A stretch of DNA of 61,913 bases, counting the filler, from Globobulimina sp. (lineage: Eukaryota), in the NCBI GenBank assembly GCA_003354225.1. It is 29 parts of 29 records of this genome, joined end to end, with 100 filler letters (N's around TTAATTAATTAA, not from the genome) between each part and the next. Parts side by side here need not be neighbours in the genome. Positions count along the whole stretch, not along the records: positions 47,051 to 49,088 come from PIVH01009533.1; positions 49,189 to 51,226 come from PIVH01009534.1; positions 51,327 to 53,364 come from PIVH01009535.1; positions 53,465 to 55,502 come from PIVH01009536.1; positions 55,603 to 57,639 come from PIVH01009537.1; positions 57,740 to 59,776 come from PIVH01009538.1; positions 59,877 to 61,913 come from PIVH01009539.1; 22 more parts are not named here. The stretch is one strand, 5' to 3'. The notes beneath the pieces were generated by a model. It was given only the letters and a program-made list of their open reading frames with translations, did no database searches and was not told the DNA's origin. The translations under genes and the position numbers were made by a program. Below, piece after piece: positions 48,133-61,820 of the stretch; position 1 is the stretch's first letter; every line of letters begins with the position of its first letter.

Positions 48133-49255
48133 ATTATAAATTTTTAAAATAGTGCTGTAAATACATCATTTAAGACGTCTCGCTCAAAAATGGTTCAAAA
48201 ATAGCAAAACAACCGGCGCCTAAACCCAGCCCAAAAGCAATGACAAATCTCATAATTATAATGCCATCCCAAAGCCTATAAAGCACCAAACATTACAAGC
48301 AATGACAATGATCCACCAAACATTGTCCGCGGCGATGGCTGCCATTGCAAAGCCATACAGTCAGCAATATACTGTGCAGATACACTCCTTTTGTGGTGAT
48401 TGGCCATTTGATGGGCGGTGAGGACAAAAAAAAGCCGCATATTGGATCACTTTGAGAATAATGGAGCGTTCAAATTGGATTTGCTTCAATGGTTCGTGTT
48501 GTACGTCCTATTGAATTATCACATTAACAAAAGGTATATCCAGCGCTCGCAAAGCCACATCGGTACAGAATAAAATGGCGTTTCTCACATTACAAAATGA
48601 GAAAAAACTGTGAGTCGAAGTATTTTATGTCAGCCGGCAACACAGTCTCTCGAAATAATAATTTCTTTGCCTTTTCAGCATAGAACATACGTAACAAACC
48701 AATGAATGCCACCGATTTATACTCTCTTTTGACGCAAACGGAATTATGCTTCAATGAGTGTGGAATCAACGTATCGATATCCGCACCAACCAAAATATGT
48801 GGTTTTTGAATTTAGCAAAACCTAAAATCAATAAAATATCAGCTTCGTCCAAAGATTATATCCATCGCAGCGGGCGGACAGCGCGAATGGGAAAAGCTGG
48901 CCAAACTGTTTTGTTTTTATGCTGGTGCGGGAATTAAGGAAATGACATATTTGGACATTTGAAGAAGAATAATTTTAAATTGGAGCAGGTTTCTACACTC
49001 GATGTTATTTATGACCACCAATTGGATATAATGGACGATTTATATTTGGCATAACGGATTTTTTCGATACGAAAACATATGACATTCANNNNNNNNNNNN
49101 NNNNNNNNNNNNNNNNNNNNNNNNNNNNNNNNTTAATTAATTAANNNNNNNNNNNNNNNNNNNNNNNNNNNNNNNNNNNNNNNNNNNNTTTGTATTTTGT
49201 ATTTTTGTTTGTGTATATTATCGGATAATGTATATATATTTTATAATTATCATAC

Positions 49256-49670
49256 GTTATCGAGTGAATCTGGTACACCGTCACCATCAGTGTCTGGACC
49301 ATAATAAATTGGGACACCATCGCCATCGCTGCAGGCATCACCCACACCATCACCGTTACTATCGGTTTGGTCATCATTTGCGACAAATGGACACTGGCAT
49401 TGGTATTGGTATATGTATTGTTAATTGGTTTGTTTTTTTTAGATATAACTAAACATTGTCGCATATATCACCATACATATCACCGTCATAGTTTGCTTGG
49501 TTTGGATTATAACCGGGTATGGCTGAGCCATTAACTATGCTTGGATCTGATGGTTGACAATTATCTGCTCTCTGTTGGTTGCGTGTATCTTCAATACCAT
49601 CTTGATCAAGGTCAGCCGCATGCAATCTCCATACATTAATTGTTAATATTAATAAAAGTTTGAGTTTCAT
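49256..49670 (-). CDS. Secreted thrombospondin type-3 repeat protein (intron 49454-49394; next intron from 49255)
   Basis: DLDQDGIED, NPNQANYDGDMYGDICDN/CPFVANDDQTDSNGDGVGDAC, DTDGDGVPD. Confidence 0.85.
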
Positions 49671-49767
49671 GAGGTTTGTTGAATTTTTAGTTGCTATGAT
49701 TAAAAGCAACTCGACTGGAAGTTTTTGTAAAAAAAACCGTTACGAATTCCGACATTATCTTCTGTAC

Positions 49768-50057
49768 CAAAGAATGTGTTGTGATTTTGGCCAAATGTTG
49801 TATTAGCTAATTCGTGCAGATTCTGTATCCCTGTGACCAGGAAGTACCTCTCCTACCACTCACTTGCCCTGAAACGTTTAAATTTATAATTCCCTTGACG
49901 ATTATACGCTATGTATGATGAAAGTTCCACCATGTTAAGTGAGTGGCATGTTTCAGGACAAGTGAGTGGTAGCAGATGTCTCTGCTGGTCACAGTGATAC
50001 AGAATCTGCACGAATTGGCTGTTACAGATTGTGGCAAAAAGCACAACATGTTCTTTG
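49768..50057. mobile_element. Foldback/MITE-like element with ~108-bp inverted arms
   Basis: Arms 49768-49875 and 49950-50057, with the near-perfect core AATTCGTGCAGATTCTGTATC.CTGTGACCAG. Confidence 0.75.
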
Positions 50058-50321
50058 TTTTAATTGACTTTGCGCTGGATTTGCAAACCTAAGACAAAGT
50101 TATAACAAACCCAGTACAAATCCAAGACAAATCTATAGCAAACTGTTTCTGGATTTGCAGACCGTTTCTCAGATAATTGAAAAAATGTATACAACTTGTC
50201 GACCAGGGGGTGGTTGTTATCTTTTGGAATATATCGTTCACATTGATTTTATATTTTCAGCAGATGAAATAGTGTTAAAAACATTCGTTCCATCACCCCG
50301 ATCATCAGTCTTAACAGCGCA

Positions 50322-51226
50322 ATGAAAGCAATATTAGCATTATTATTAGGCGTAGCGTTTGTTTGGATACCACAGTACAGCTGGGATCACGAATTTACCA
50401 CACTTACATTCAATGAAAAAGATCCAAAACAATTATGGCAAGACTGGATGGCACATCATGACCGGAAATATGCCAATTTAGAAGAAGAATCCTATCGATA
50501 TTCCTTATGGTTTGCCAAAATGCAAGAAATTATTCAATCCAATGATGAAGACCGCTCATATAAATTAAGAATGAATAGATTTGGTGATTTAACCAGCGAT
50601 GAATTTAAATTAGAGGTTCATGGCCATACAGGTTCCTGTTTAGATGTCCCAGTGTTGGAATCCTTAGTGGACCCAACACATATCGTTGATTGGCAGGCAG
50701 TGTGGATTGTGTGGATTGGCAGGCAAGCGGTGATGTGACACCCGTTAAAAATCAAGCCTCATGCGGTATGCAGACGTTTTTATGATATACGCACATTCGC
50801 ACCTCAATGCCTACGTTTTTGTGTGTTTTATACCCTTTAGGTTCATGTTGGGCATTTGCGTCGACCTGCGCATTGGAATGTGACTATGCAATCACAAAAG
50901 GAAAATTAACCAGTTTAAGCGAACAACAATTAGTTGATTGCACCCTTGATTATGGTAATTATGGCTGTAATGGTAATTATGGCTGTAATGGTGGTTGGTG
51001 GTATAATTCATTTAATTATGTCAAAGCAGCTGGTGGTTTGTGTTCAGAATCTGAAAAACGGTCACCACGTGTAAGGCAAGCACTTGCGGCACCAAACATG
51101 ACCCAATCAGTGGGGATGTGAAAGTAACGCCGGATAATGAGGCTGCCGTAGTCAACGCGGTTGCGATTGGTTGCAATGCGGTCGGTATTCAGGCGGATCA
51201 AACTGCATTTCAACACTATTCGAGTG
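50322..51226 (+). pseudogene. Cathepsin L-like papain protease (I29 + C1A), frame-disrupted; intron 50766-50840
   Basis: MNRFGDLTSDEF, DWQASGDVTPVKNQASCG/SCWAF, SLSEQQLVDC. A duplication near 50688-50725 shifts the frame, there is an 18-bp duplication at 50952-50987, and the frame breaks again after LCSESE. Confidence 0.85.
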
Positions 51227-51326
51227 NNNNNNNNNNNNNNNNNNNNNNNNNNNNNNNNNNNNNNNNNNNNTTAATTAATTAANNNNNNNNNNNNNNNNNN
51301 NNNNNNNNNNNNNNNNNNNNNNNNNN

Positions 51327-53364
51327 ACCACGCAGCTCATGGGCTTACTGTCGGGTTTTGGTTTGGAGGCTTTGATTTTAATTAATTTCAAATGTGCGGG
51401 ATTTTTCCATTCGGTTTTACCTAAATTTGTACCCAATGCATAACATATTCCATTGGTATCCAAATCTGATTCATACACAAAGGTTTGGTCAATTTTGATG
51501 CCAGAATCGTCACCGTCGTCGTCCGCACCTTTGCTCTCATTGTAATCACCGCTATTTGCTCGTTGTTGAACTAAATCCTCGTCCCGTTGCAGTAAATCAT
51601 TTACATTTAATGTGCTTGCATCTGTTGGCGATTCACATGGTTCTAAAATACGATGTTTTAATTTCAATTCTTTCTCCTTTTCTTCGTCTAAATCGGTTTG
51701 TTTTTTATCCACCACTAGCTTCATTTTAATCTCTTTCCGTTTCTCCAATTGTTGCTGCAATATATCATAGCCGAGCCCATCTAATTTGATATCTCCTTCT
51801 TTCTGTTCCTCACTCCTTTGGTCCCGTCCTTCAATAATGCGATTTTCATCTTGTTCAGTCACAAATAAATGACCAATACTCAATATATTCTCATTTTCAA
51901 CACATTTTAATTCATCTTCATCAATCTCAACAACCTCATTATCTCCGTGTATGGTTTGGAAATATTTGCCATTCTCTTCATAATCAATAAACCGCATCGG
52001 TTGCAATGTGTCGCTATTAATTTGTATAAATGTATGTGGCTCAATCCCTTTACATCGAAATAACAATCTTAAATTCGGTCTCGTTATGACCAACAACTGC
52101 GAGTGTTTTCCATTGAAAAAATCCATATTTCTCACATAAATTCTACCCTCGACAGTGCCATGAAAGCCAGTGCCAACTTTAAGCAATCCATAATTACAAT
52201 GTATGTATAAATATTTGCCATCAGATTGCATGCATCCAATCTGTGGAATGGGTCGGCTTTTTTTATGTTGCCCCGCCGTTTTAATTATCTGTAGCATGCA
52301 TCTCCGTTTGCGTTCAGCCACAATCTTATTGTCCCGCTGATATTTCTCATTCATGATCTCGTCCATGCGACGAAACGAAGTCTCTGCCAAATCGCCATAT
52401 AACTCAATGCCGCTACAGGCCAAATTATAGAGATTATGATCAATGGGACCGGTTAATAATACCCGAAACCAGGAATAATATTCATTGCAATTCTCAATAT
52501 CAAAAGTGCATGTTTTACTCATTCCTTTTAGACTCATATCATTCTTGTGTTCCCGCAACGTGACCCAATTGTAGCCATTATTGCTCCCTTCCAACAGCCA
52601 GCTTTTCAAATGATGCGTGGCCTGCGACTTATAATGGCGTAAGCTATATTTATTGAGACGGACGCCGTATCTTTTCAAATGAAACCAAAACGCAGACGGA
52701 CGTTTGTTTTGTGTTAAACAGCGTACTCTTTCTCGTCCAATGAAGGCATAAACGGGATTACTATCACTATTTAAAGCCGTGGAATATATTTCTATTTTTT
52801 TACTTAATCCTGGATTAATATATGCTGCTTTACCTAAATCAGTGCCAATGTGATATAATACACCATTGGTATCAAAATCCGCCACATACGCACATTTTTT
52901 CACACTTTTAACCGTGAATTTTTTATTTATATGTTGTAAGGGCAATGGTTTATATCCATTTGGTATTGTCTGTTTAAAATATTGCGCATCGGACACAAAT
53001 AAAAACCTCCCGCCCGATTGAATGGTCAATGACGGTGCGATGCCATCGCCGATATTAAAATCCTTATAAGCAACACCTAAATCCTCACCATTCAGATGAA
53101 AATTCATCACTTTATTCTCCAAATCAATGGTCGCTCCAATGATGTCATTTGGCTTCCATTTTTTGCCATAATTTACATCTTTGCCGTTCCATTTTTTCTG
53201 TCTATATCCATCATAGGCCCAGCCATGGAGATCATCGCCAGTCCCTAAGCCACCATCACTATCATTGGCTTGTATGCGTTGTCCCCAACCTATTTGTCCG
53301 CAGCGCGGTGTGATTAGCACGATTTCATAGTACCATTTCCCTTTCGACAGTGTATAATTGCCAA
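51327..53364 (-). CDS. Internal fragment of a large SPRY + HECTD1-like (Sad1/UNC-type) domain protein, probably a giant E3 ligase
   Basis: SPRY GWGQ...GTGDDLHGWAYDG...DIIGATIDL; DFDTNGVLYHIGT-type motif twice; SDGKYLY...GLLKVGTGFHGTVEGRIY as in MYCBP2/HECTD4. Confidence 0.8.
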
Positions 53365-53464
53365 NNNNNNNNNNNNNNNNNNNNNNNNNNNNNNNNNNNN
53401 NNNNNNNNTTAATTAATTAANNNNNNNNNNNNNNNNNNNNNNNNNNNNNNNNNNNNNNNNNNNN

Positions 53465-55502
53465 ATTACTGCCGCTTGGGATCAATAATATCCATTCAAA
53501 AAACCCCCAATGCTGACACACCAAACCAATATAGACCCATAACATTGCTGCCAATAATATTCAAAGCCTACGAAAGACTCATACTGTGGCACATGAACAT
53601 CAACCATAAATTCAGGAAAAATCTGCACATATTGCAAGGTGGCAACAGAGCCCGTCGAGGTGTCCCTGAACAATTAGGCACTCTCCATCTCGTCTCTGAA
53701 ACTGCAACAAAACACAACAAACCCCTTTACTGCGCTTCCTTAGATATTAAGAAGGCATTTGACACCGTTTGGAGGAAGGGTCTGTTTTACAAATTGCACC
53801 ATAATTTTAAAATCCCTATAAATCTCTGCAGACTCATCAAAGCCATCTACAATAACTCCCATTCTGCCATACGAGACGTTCCATTCATCACTCAATTGTT
53901 CCAATTACAGAACGGAGTCCTTCAGGGTTCAGTCCTAAGCCCCATTCTCTTTGCTGCATTCATCAATGATATGATTGACATTCTACAACAGTCCCAAAAA
54001 GGAGCCATCTCACCAGATCCAAACCAACTAATTTCCTGCATTTTTTATGCTGATGATGTGGTTTTGGTTGCTAACACCATAGACAATCTCGCCGCGCTTT
54101 TAAAAATATGTGAGCAGCACAGTAATAACTGGGCGTACAATTTTAACGCCAAAAAATGCAAAATGATGATCTATAATGACCCTTCGACCCTCACCAACAA
54201 CACACACCACCACAGCACTGCGCAAAAAACAAAGTTAACCATCGAATATCACTCCAGAATCCCAGATCCCACCCACAAGCAAGCACCCATGGTTCTGATA
54301 AAGCACATAACAAATGATCAAATAATGGCCATCGATATTGATGGCATAGTCTGTTCATACCGCACCAATGAGATACCATCTGACATATTAAATGATTTCA
54401 AATCACATTGCAAATACTATAAAAATAAAATTTCAAACAAACCATTTCATATAATATGGCAAAACATAATAGAGGACCATAGCTGGTCTATTTCCAAAAT
54501 GCACCATCTCTGCCAAATGAATAATAAACCATTACAGATTGTCACCTTCCTTCGCTATCTTGGTGCGCATCTCTGTTCCTATGATGCAGACAATCTAGTT
54601 TCCACGACTTGCACCAATAATGTATTCCTCAACAAATTAGATCAGAAAGCCAGAATACTTTCACAGCTGGACTTTAACCATGATTTTATCTCGTTAAGCG
54701 ATAAAATACGTCTCTTAAAAACTTTCTACTTAGTTTATACCGAAATATTCGCTCAAGTTCTAGATAGCAAAGCAATAAACTTAACAGCTGCAACAGAGAA
54801 ACAAATAAAAATAATTGCCAAACACACCAAAATAAAACACTTTGTCTTTGAACAATTCTCAATATTTGCAGGCATCCCTTCACCTCTTGAGCGATGGGTG
54901 GTGCTTAAATTGGCCTTTTATTGGAAGCTACGCCATATTAAACCTATCTCCTACATGCATATCTGGTCCCTGCTCCCTAACATTACCGATTACGTCCTTT
55001 ACAAACAATATATAGACCTAAAAAATCATTGGTTGCCGACTACCCTCCAAATAAGCAATGACATCCCAATCACTGTTGATCCCTTCAATAAAGTCACGGG
55101 CCCTTCAGAACTCCGCCCCATTATAGTAACCAAACAACACCGTGAATTAGTGTCTACTTTCAATGACAAACATCCCCTCAAAGTCCTACAGCACCATTTG
55201 TCCGATTACAAAGCAATGAACACCTATGAAGTTCAAGACTTAGCAGATTATGTAAATAAAAAAATGGTACTCCAATACCGCGAATTATTCTACTTTTTCA
55301 ACCAAAAACCAAACTTCTGCAAATTGTGCCAACACCAAACCCAACATCCGATTGAATATCATCTCTGTATCAGTTGCCCCACCCTTCAGCGTTTCAGACA
55401 TTCCTATTGGAATAATGCGAGATTGGCCCTCTCCAAAATTGGCTCCAAAATAAATAGATGCCATAATCAAATCTTTATGCAGAGAGTGATTGAATTCCTC
55501 TC
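53465..55502 (+). mobile_element. Non-LTR retrotransposon (LINE) ORF2 fragment: RT and C-terminal Cys/His finger
   Basis: YRPITLL, LDIKKAFDTV, GVLQGSVLSPILF, YADD, RYLG, CKLC...HLCISCP; uninterrupted frame. Confidence 0.95.
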
Positions 55503-55612
55503 NNNNNNNNNNNNNNNNNNNNNNNNNNNNNNNNNNNNNNNNNNNNTTAATTAATTAANNNNNNNNNNNNNNNNNNNNNNNNNNNNNNNNNNNNNNNNNN
55601 NNTACATATAAT

Positions 55613-55858
55613 ATGACAGCAAAACAGAAAGAGTTTTGTAAAAAAGCTATAATTAAAGGAAATGATGCAGGAGAAACAAGATTACATCGGTTACAAATAA
55701 TTCAACGATTGGTGGCAAAAAAATATGGTTCTCCAGTGATTGTAGTCGAAAGCAAAGATACCTATCAATGGGCTCCAGATGTTATTTGGGGTTACATAGT
55801 CACTTGGAGTGGAAATGGATATAATTATAATATCAATTGTTATAACCGTGGTTATTGA
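55613..55858 (+). CDS. Small hypothetical protein or terminal exon
   Basis: 81-aa ORF at the contig start. Confidence 0.35.
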   Translation: MTAKQKEFCKKAIIKGNDAGETRLHRLQIIQRLVAKKYGSPVIVVESKDTYQWAPDVIWGYIVTWSGNGYNYNINCYNRGY

Positions 55859-56512
55859 CACCGGGCCAATTGCTAATAATATGACTATTTTTAAGTAATA
55901 ATAATCCTAATCCGCCTTATCATTCTCAAATGTTGCGCAAATTGAGGCTCTTAAAATAAAATAAATACAAAAAAACGTTGCTATATATACGGGAGTAGTA
56001 TTTCTCCTAATCATAGGATGAGCGGGGAACCAATCTGGCCTCCCTAGATATTATCTATCCTGTGCATATTCATATTTTTTTCTTTTTTTTTTATTTTTGT
56101 TTTAATGGCCTCAATTATGATACCGTGATACAAAAAATTGACTCAAATATATCGATGATATCAAACCATTCATTTCATAAAATAAAACAGATTCAAATCC
56201 AATCAATCATCGATATATTACAGTCAAATATACATCTCAAAATGTTAGCTTTTATTTCGATCTCAGACTTGAGCTCTTCCAAAATTGCAAATGCTTGTTA
56301 CCATACGTGCTGGGTATCAGACTTGAATTGCTACACCAAACTCAAGTTGATGTGATACACAGACATTAAAACACAAAAAAACAAAATGTAAATTAAAAAA
56401 AAAGTCTTTACTTCAGAGGAACAGAAGGAGTGCGAGAAGGAGATATGGAGAATTGAACAAAAAAATAAAACACAAAGTAGAATCTGATAATATTACAAAA
56501 AAACAGCCTCTA

Positions 56513-57639
56513 TCAATGTGTATAATTATCCCAGCATTGTAAACAATAAAATTTCATATCACCATCATAAACATTTCCTTCTCTGACATTCCCGCAATCT
56601 GAACACGTTTGCATACGTAGTTTTGCATTTTCATTATCTGAATCATTAAATCCGGTCTCATTCGGAACCATTGTAGGTAGCGCATCGTGCAACGTTTGAT
56701 TTTCAGAATGTGACTCATAAGATTTATCAGCCACCATACTACGCATTGTTGCTTTTGGCAACTCCAATTTAGCACCTTTTGTCTTTCTCTTATCCCTTCC
56801 CACTGCTTCAATATTACGACCAAAGGTCTTATCTGCCCTCTTCTTATCCCTTTCTTTACGATGTGTATCTTTTTGTTGTCTCTTCACAAACACAACAATA
56901 ACAATAACACCAATTACACAAACAACAATCAATACACACACAACAATTATAACTATTGGTGTATGCCCACTTTCATCACGATTTGCACCAATTTCTGTCA
57001 CATTTATAGCAGTCGTTGCTGCATCAACGTCTGTCGCATTTATATCAGCCATCGGAACTGTGGGAGCTTGTACATAATGCGTAGGACCAGCAGAGGGTGA
57101 CAATGTATATAAAAAATCAGGCATTAAGCAAGTTTGAACTGGGCATATATCCGCAATATAATCACGCATCAATGCTTCAAACGTAGCAATATGTGTAGCC
57201 AATGAAGCATCGCTCATGAGATTAACGGCTTGATTTGGATCTGCAGTGAGATTATAAAGTTGTTCCTCGTCAAAATAATAAGGATGAATGTCTGTTGCAT
57301 CGTTACCTCCGGTGTTTCCATTTGCTCTGTAAATATATTGAGACTCAGCGGTTACAATGGAGTGAGAATTATACATATCAACAAATCTGTAGTTACAACA
57401 GGTTTGCTGTGCAGCTGCATTGCCAATATATTCGACTACATCATGAACCCAAGAGCTTGCATCTAAGCTGTAATCGGCAGGCGGTGTAATTCCGGCGATT
57501 TCAAAGATGACTGCAGGTAAATCCATATTGCTGGTCACAAATGAATGCGGTAAGGTATACGGTGCATTATCCACAATCTTCTTGCATTCATCCGAGTTGC
57601 GACCCAATCGTTTGCAAATGATATCAATAAACTGTTGGT
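56513..57639 (-). CDS. Sulfatase-family protein, C-terminal part with TM and cytoplasmic tail
   Basis: VTSNMDLPAVIFEIAG...LDASSW and EQLYNLTADPNQAVNL; single TM; terminal CSDC..CLQC. Confidence 0.8.
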
Positions 57640-57739
57640 NNNNNNNNNNNNNNNNNNNNNNNNNNNNNNNNNNNNNNNNNNNNTTAATTAATTAANNNNN
57701 NNNNNNNNNNNNNNNNNNNNNNNNNNNNNNNNNNNNNNN

Positions 57740-59475
57740 GCAGACTTAAAAATGTCGCCACCTTCGGAGGCGACGATGCGTGCTACTCGTTCTAGATAGC
57801 GATTTAGATAAAAAGCCACCTTCTCCCCACCCCATGGACCTTCCTGGTCCAACAGCTCCGTCATTTTAGTGAAGCCCGACACGTCTATGAACATTGCGAC
57901 TGTGTCGTATTCGTATTCGTATGGACAGCGAATGAAGCCGGTGTCCGTCAGCGCGGAGTTCTTGATACTTTTCATGGACTTTACAATTTTGATAATGGTC
58001 TGCGGCAACAGCTGTTCATGCATATGGTAGTCCTTATTCATCATCGCATTCATACGCCGCTCCGTATCGGCTGAAGTTGCCGTATTCGCAGATTGCGGCG
58101 AATCCTGCCGAGGGAGATCGGGGTCGCCCTCCGTTAGCATCGAAGCTTGCAAAGTTTGCAAGCCTTTACTCGGATTTTTATGTACCAGCTGAGCCTGCAA
58201 TGCTGTCAACGAAATGAACGAATGTTCTGTCCTCCACTGATACAAAATAAATATGTGCTTTTCGGCAATACAGATCACAAACAATATACACTTAACGTTA
58301 CTATTTGGGTCATTGACAGTAAATCTTTTTCGATCACAAAATACAAAGTTGTCCGGCAATGAGGATCTCCGCCGTTTCATCGGATGAGCTCCGGCCATAT
58401 GCTCTGCGAATTTAACCTGACATACACGAAGAAAATATATTCATTTGACATATATACAAGAAAAAAAAACACAAAATTCAACCGTTGGCCCAGTGGATAT
58501 AATACTCGGTACATTCATGTCATTGTCGTCGAGCTCTTTGTTTTCAGTCAATATGGGCGGAGGCGTGGCAGCGTGCAAATTGTCAAACGAATACATGGAT
58601 TGCCGCTTGGAAGCGCCTTGGATGATGCCCAGCTTCTCGGCGATGCTCCCGATGGCATCGAACAGCGTTTTCTGTCTGGTATGGTCCCGGGAATGCATTC
58701 GTTGGTGGTGCTCTACTTTGGTGTTTTCAATATCTTCCTTCAAGCGCTGGAAATCAGAAGCTATGAAGTTATCGTACTTCTCCTCCTCACTCTGTTCCTC
58801 CTCGTCTGAATCCAGGATGCCTCCATAAAAAGTATTGGTTATATTCGCAGAATAATCGTCCAATAAACTGACGCCGATATGAGCCTCCTCTTCGTGCGCA
58901 TCCTGGCCATGATCCTGCAGTGTAAACGGGATGTTATGCGCATGCATATTGTCCTCGTCATCCACTTCCATGCCCACTGACTTCGATTTGGACATCTCGC
59001 GGTAATTGGGAGTGGTTTTGATCTTTTTCAACTGCTTTTTTTGCAGTTTTTTCTTATATTTGGCCTGTTCATCCGGCGACATATTTGCTGTGGGGCCTAA
59101 ATGTTGGAACTGTAGATAGGAGGCGTAGGTTTCGCGCCGTTTGAAGACACCGTTGCCTTTGTTGGAGGGTAAAGTGTCAAAATTGCGATGCATGTAATTG
59201 GCATAATCGATGTCGCGGTCCTCGTTTTGTTGGTATTTCTGGAGTATTTGCCTGTAATCTGTGATGGGATTATCTGCCGAGATGGTGAAGCTGCGGCGTG
59301 CATTGTGGTTTTTTTTGATGGGAGAGGTGACTTCGATTTGTATGGTGTTGCTGCTGTGTCTGGTGTTGATCTGGGAGTGCTGTTTGTGGTTTATATTGAT
59401 GTCCTGATGAACGAACTGAACGTCAGACATTGTGTTATTGTCAGAGTCTATGTCGAAAGAGACCATATTGGGCAC
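57740..59475 (-). CDS. ADCY10/soluble-type class III adenylate cyclase with a long N-terminus (introns 58482-58417 and 58296-58237; truncated)
   Basis: AMFIDVSGFTKMTE...GGEKVAFYLNRYLE...GGDIFKS. Confidence 0.85.
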
Positions 59476-59876
59476 TTTTGGAGTGGGTTGCGGTATATCA
59501 CCGAAAGGTGATTTGTCTGCATTGGTGTTGTTTATATTGGATATTATTGGATCTATGTTGATATTATTTATGTGCTGGTTATTTTCATGTTGCTCGTGAT
59601 TGTGATTGTTGTATGATGCGATGGTTAGATTTGATTTTTCGGGATCGTATACTTCGAAATATAAAGTGCGATCTTTATAAGATTTGCCGTTTAAGTCTAA
59701 GAGATTACGGATGTCTTTTTGCGAGGATAGGTACGCATGGCAGGTGATGGTTGGTGTGGGAGCCCAGGTTGGTATGNNNNNNNNNNNNNNNNNNNNNNNN
59801 NNNNNNNNNNNNNNNNNNNNTTAATTAATTAANNNNNNNNNNNNNNNNNNNNNNNNNNNNNNNNNNNNNNNNNNNN

Positions 59877-59877
59877 C

Positions 59878-59911
<34 letters not shown>

Positions 59912-61820
59912 GCAACAACAACAACAACAACAAAATATAGTTATCCCATCTATGTGTAATAATTACTCAACACTTACCAACCAACCAATCAATCCACCAC
60001 AAATACCTATAAATTATTTACATCCAGCACAGCAAAATAATCAAACAATAATACCTTTACAACACAACAATATCTCAGAACAATTAAATCAACGACAAAC
60101 AGTACCCCAACAACAACAACAGCAACAACAGCAACAGCAACAGCAGCAACAACAACAACGATATGAAACACCATCACATCCGCAAAAATCACAACACAAA
60201 CACAGACATCGACGTCATAGACATAAAAGACATGAAAAGGATCAGAAAAGAAATGAAACATTACATAATATACTGACTGTAGATCACTATGGTTATAAAC
60301 CAAACGATGATGATAATCATACACAATATTCAGAAGATGATGACGATGCACCTGAGAAGGACAGCCCAACGAAAAGAGACCGGGCATCATCCAGGATATC
60401 ATCAGTGCGCTCAACAGATAGAACAAAAGCATCTTTAGATGGCTCCTTTAGAAATGCAGTGTTTGAATTTACAGTAATTCAAACAGGAATTATTACAATA
60501 ATTAAATCAAAGGATGAGAATAACTATAAATGTATTTTGTGTGGTGACGCAAAGACGATGAAATATCTATGTCCAGTATCAACAAAAAGGCATTTTAATT
60601 ACAATAATGATAATCATCAACAAATGAGAGACAACATAAAGTTAATATGTTTTAATATGTTTCAATTTGTTTCAATTTGTTTTAATATGTTTTAATATGT
60701 TTTAATATTGATTTAATATAAATTGTTATTAATAGTAAAACAATTGATGAAAAATTTATGAACTGGACTGATCTGCAAAAGAAAACATTCGTGGACAAAT
60801 ATCGCGCAACTTTATTAGGCGCAAGAATGAAACTTATGATATCTAAGAACCAATTAGTGTCTTTGAAAGGTCAACCTATGCCACGCCTATTATCTGATGT
60901 AAACCGTAAAGTTTTAGAAAATATCATTGAAAAATATAATAATAACAATTTAAATACCAATATATCACCAGTTTAGATATGTTTTAATATGTTTTAATAT
61001 GTTTTAATATGTTTTAATATTAATTTAATTAAAAATAAACTATTATTTTAATGATCAGTTAAATGTAGCTGATGATGTAAAAGAAGCGGTATATTTAGAC
61101 GCTACAAGGATGAATACAAAGGAATTTACAAAATCGCATCCTGTTTTTAAATGTGAATTCTGTTGGAATGGATATCGGTCGATACCTAGTTATTTAGACC
61201 ACGTTGATATTTGTAATTGTAAGCAATATTATTCCACAGATAAACAAAAACAACCGTATTTACGTGAGATATTTGAACTTTTTACAAAAAAAACAAAAGA
61301 AAAAGAAAATAAAACAAATAGTAATAATAATGTGAATAATAATAATAATAACATTGGTGTTAATTTATATGATAACATAAGTACTGTGTACAACAATAAC
61401 AATGATGATCCATTAGGAGTGTACCCACCGAAATTAAATAAATCCGTTGCCCCCAAGAAAACAAAATATAAATATAATATTGAAGAATTTAACAATGTTA
61501 ACAGCATCCAGAGAAGAGAAGGTATACGTACTGTTACAACGGTCACTGACATAAAAAAAAATGATGATAAAAATGATAAAAATAATAAAGATATTTGCAA
61601 TGGATGGAAAGTAAATGATTTATGTTTTAGAAGGGGTGAATTATGTATTATAAAAAATATTGATTACTCAACGGATCCAGTATCTGTTATAGTTTCAATG
61701 GTTAACAATCCATCACGAGTTATATCGACTGAATTCCAATATTTAACAAAATCGACAGGAAACTGCAATAATCGCAAACATGACGAGGTTGAAGAGATAA
61801 GGAATGATTTAATGATTTAA
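59877..61820 (+). CDS. PolyQ protein with zinc-finger-like motifs (introns 60641-60735 and 60971-61058; 5' truncated)
   Basis: The introns join ORFs 59952, 60758 and 61110 in frame; CAA/CAG runs; CILC...RH...H and CEFC...H...C. Confidence 0.7.

Noticed and set aside
48170-49088. Coding-like sequence downstream of TTC4
   Set aside because: Stops in all frames and no family recognised; at most decayed pseudogene remnants
55990-56065. Possible structured RNA or SECIS after a TGA-terminated ORF
   Set aside because: No convincing SECIS core, and readthrough would add only about 6 codons
2041-59876. Regularly spaced TTAATTAATTAA as a CRISPR array, telomere or nanochromosome boundary
   Set aside because: It is an artificial linker within N runs; the spacing reflects length-sorted contigs
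59877-60158. (CAA/CAG)n tracts as telomeric or satellite DNA
   Set aside because: In-frame polyglutamine coding sequence
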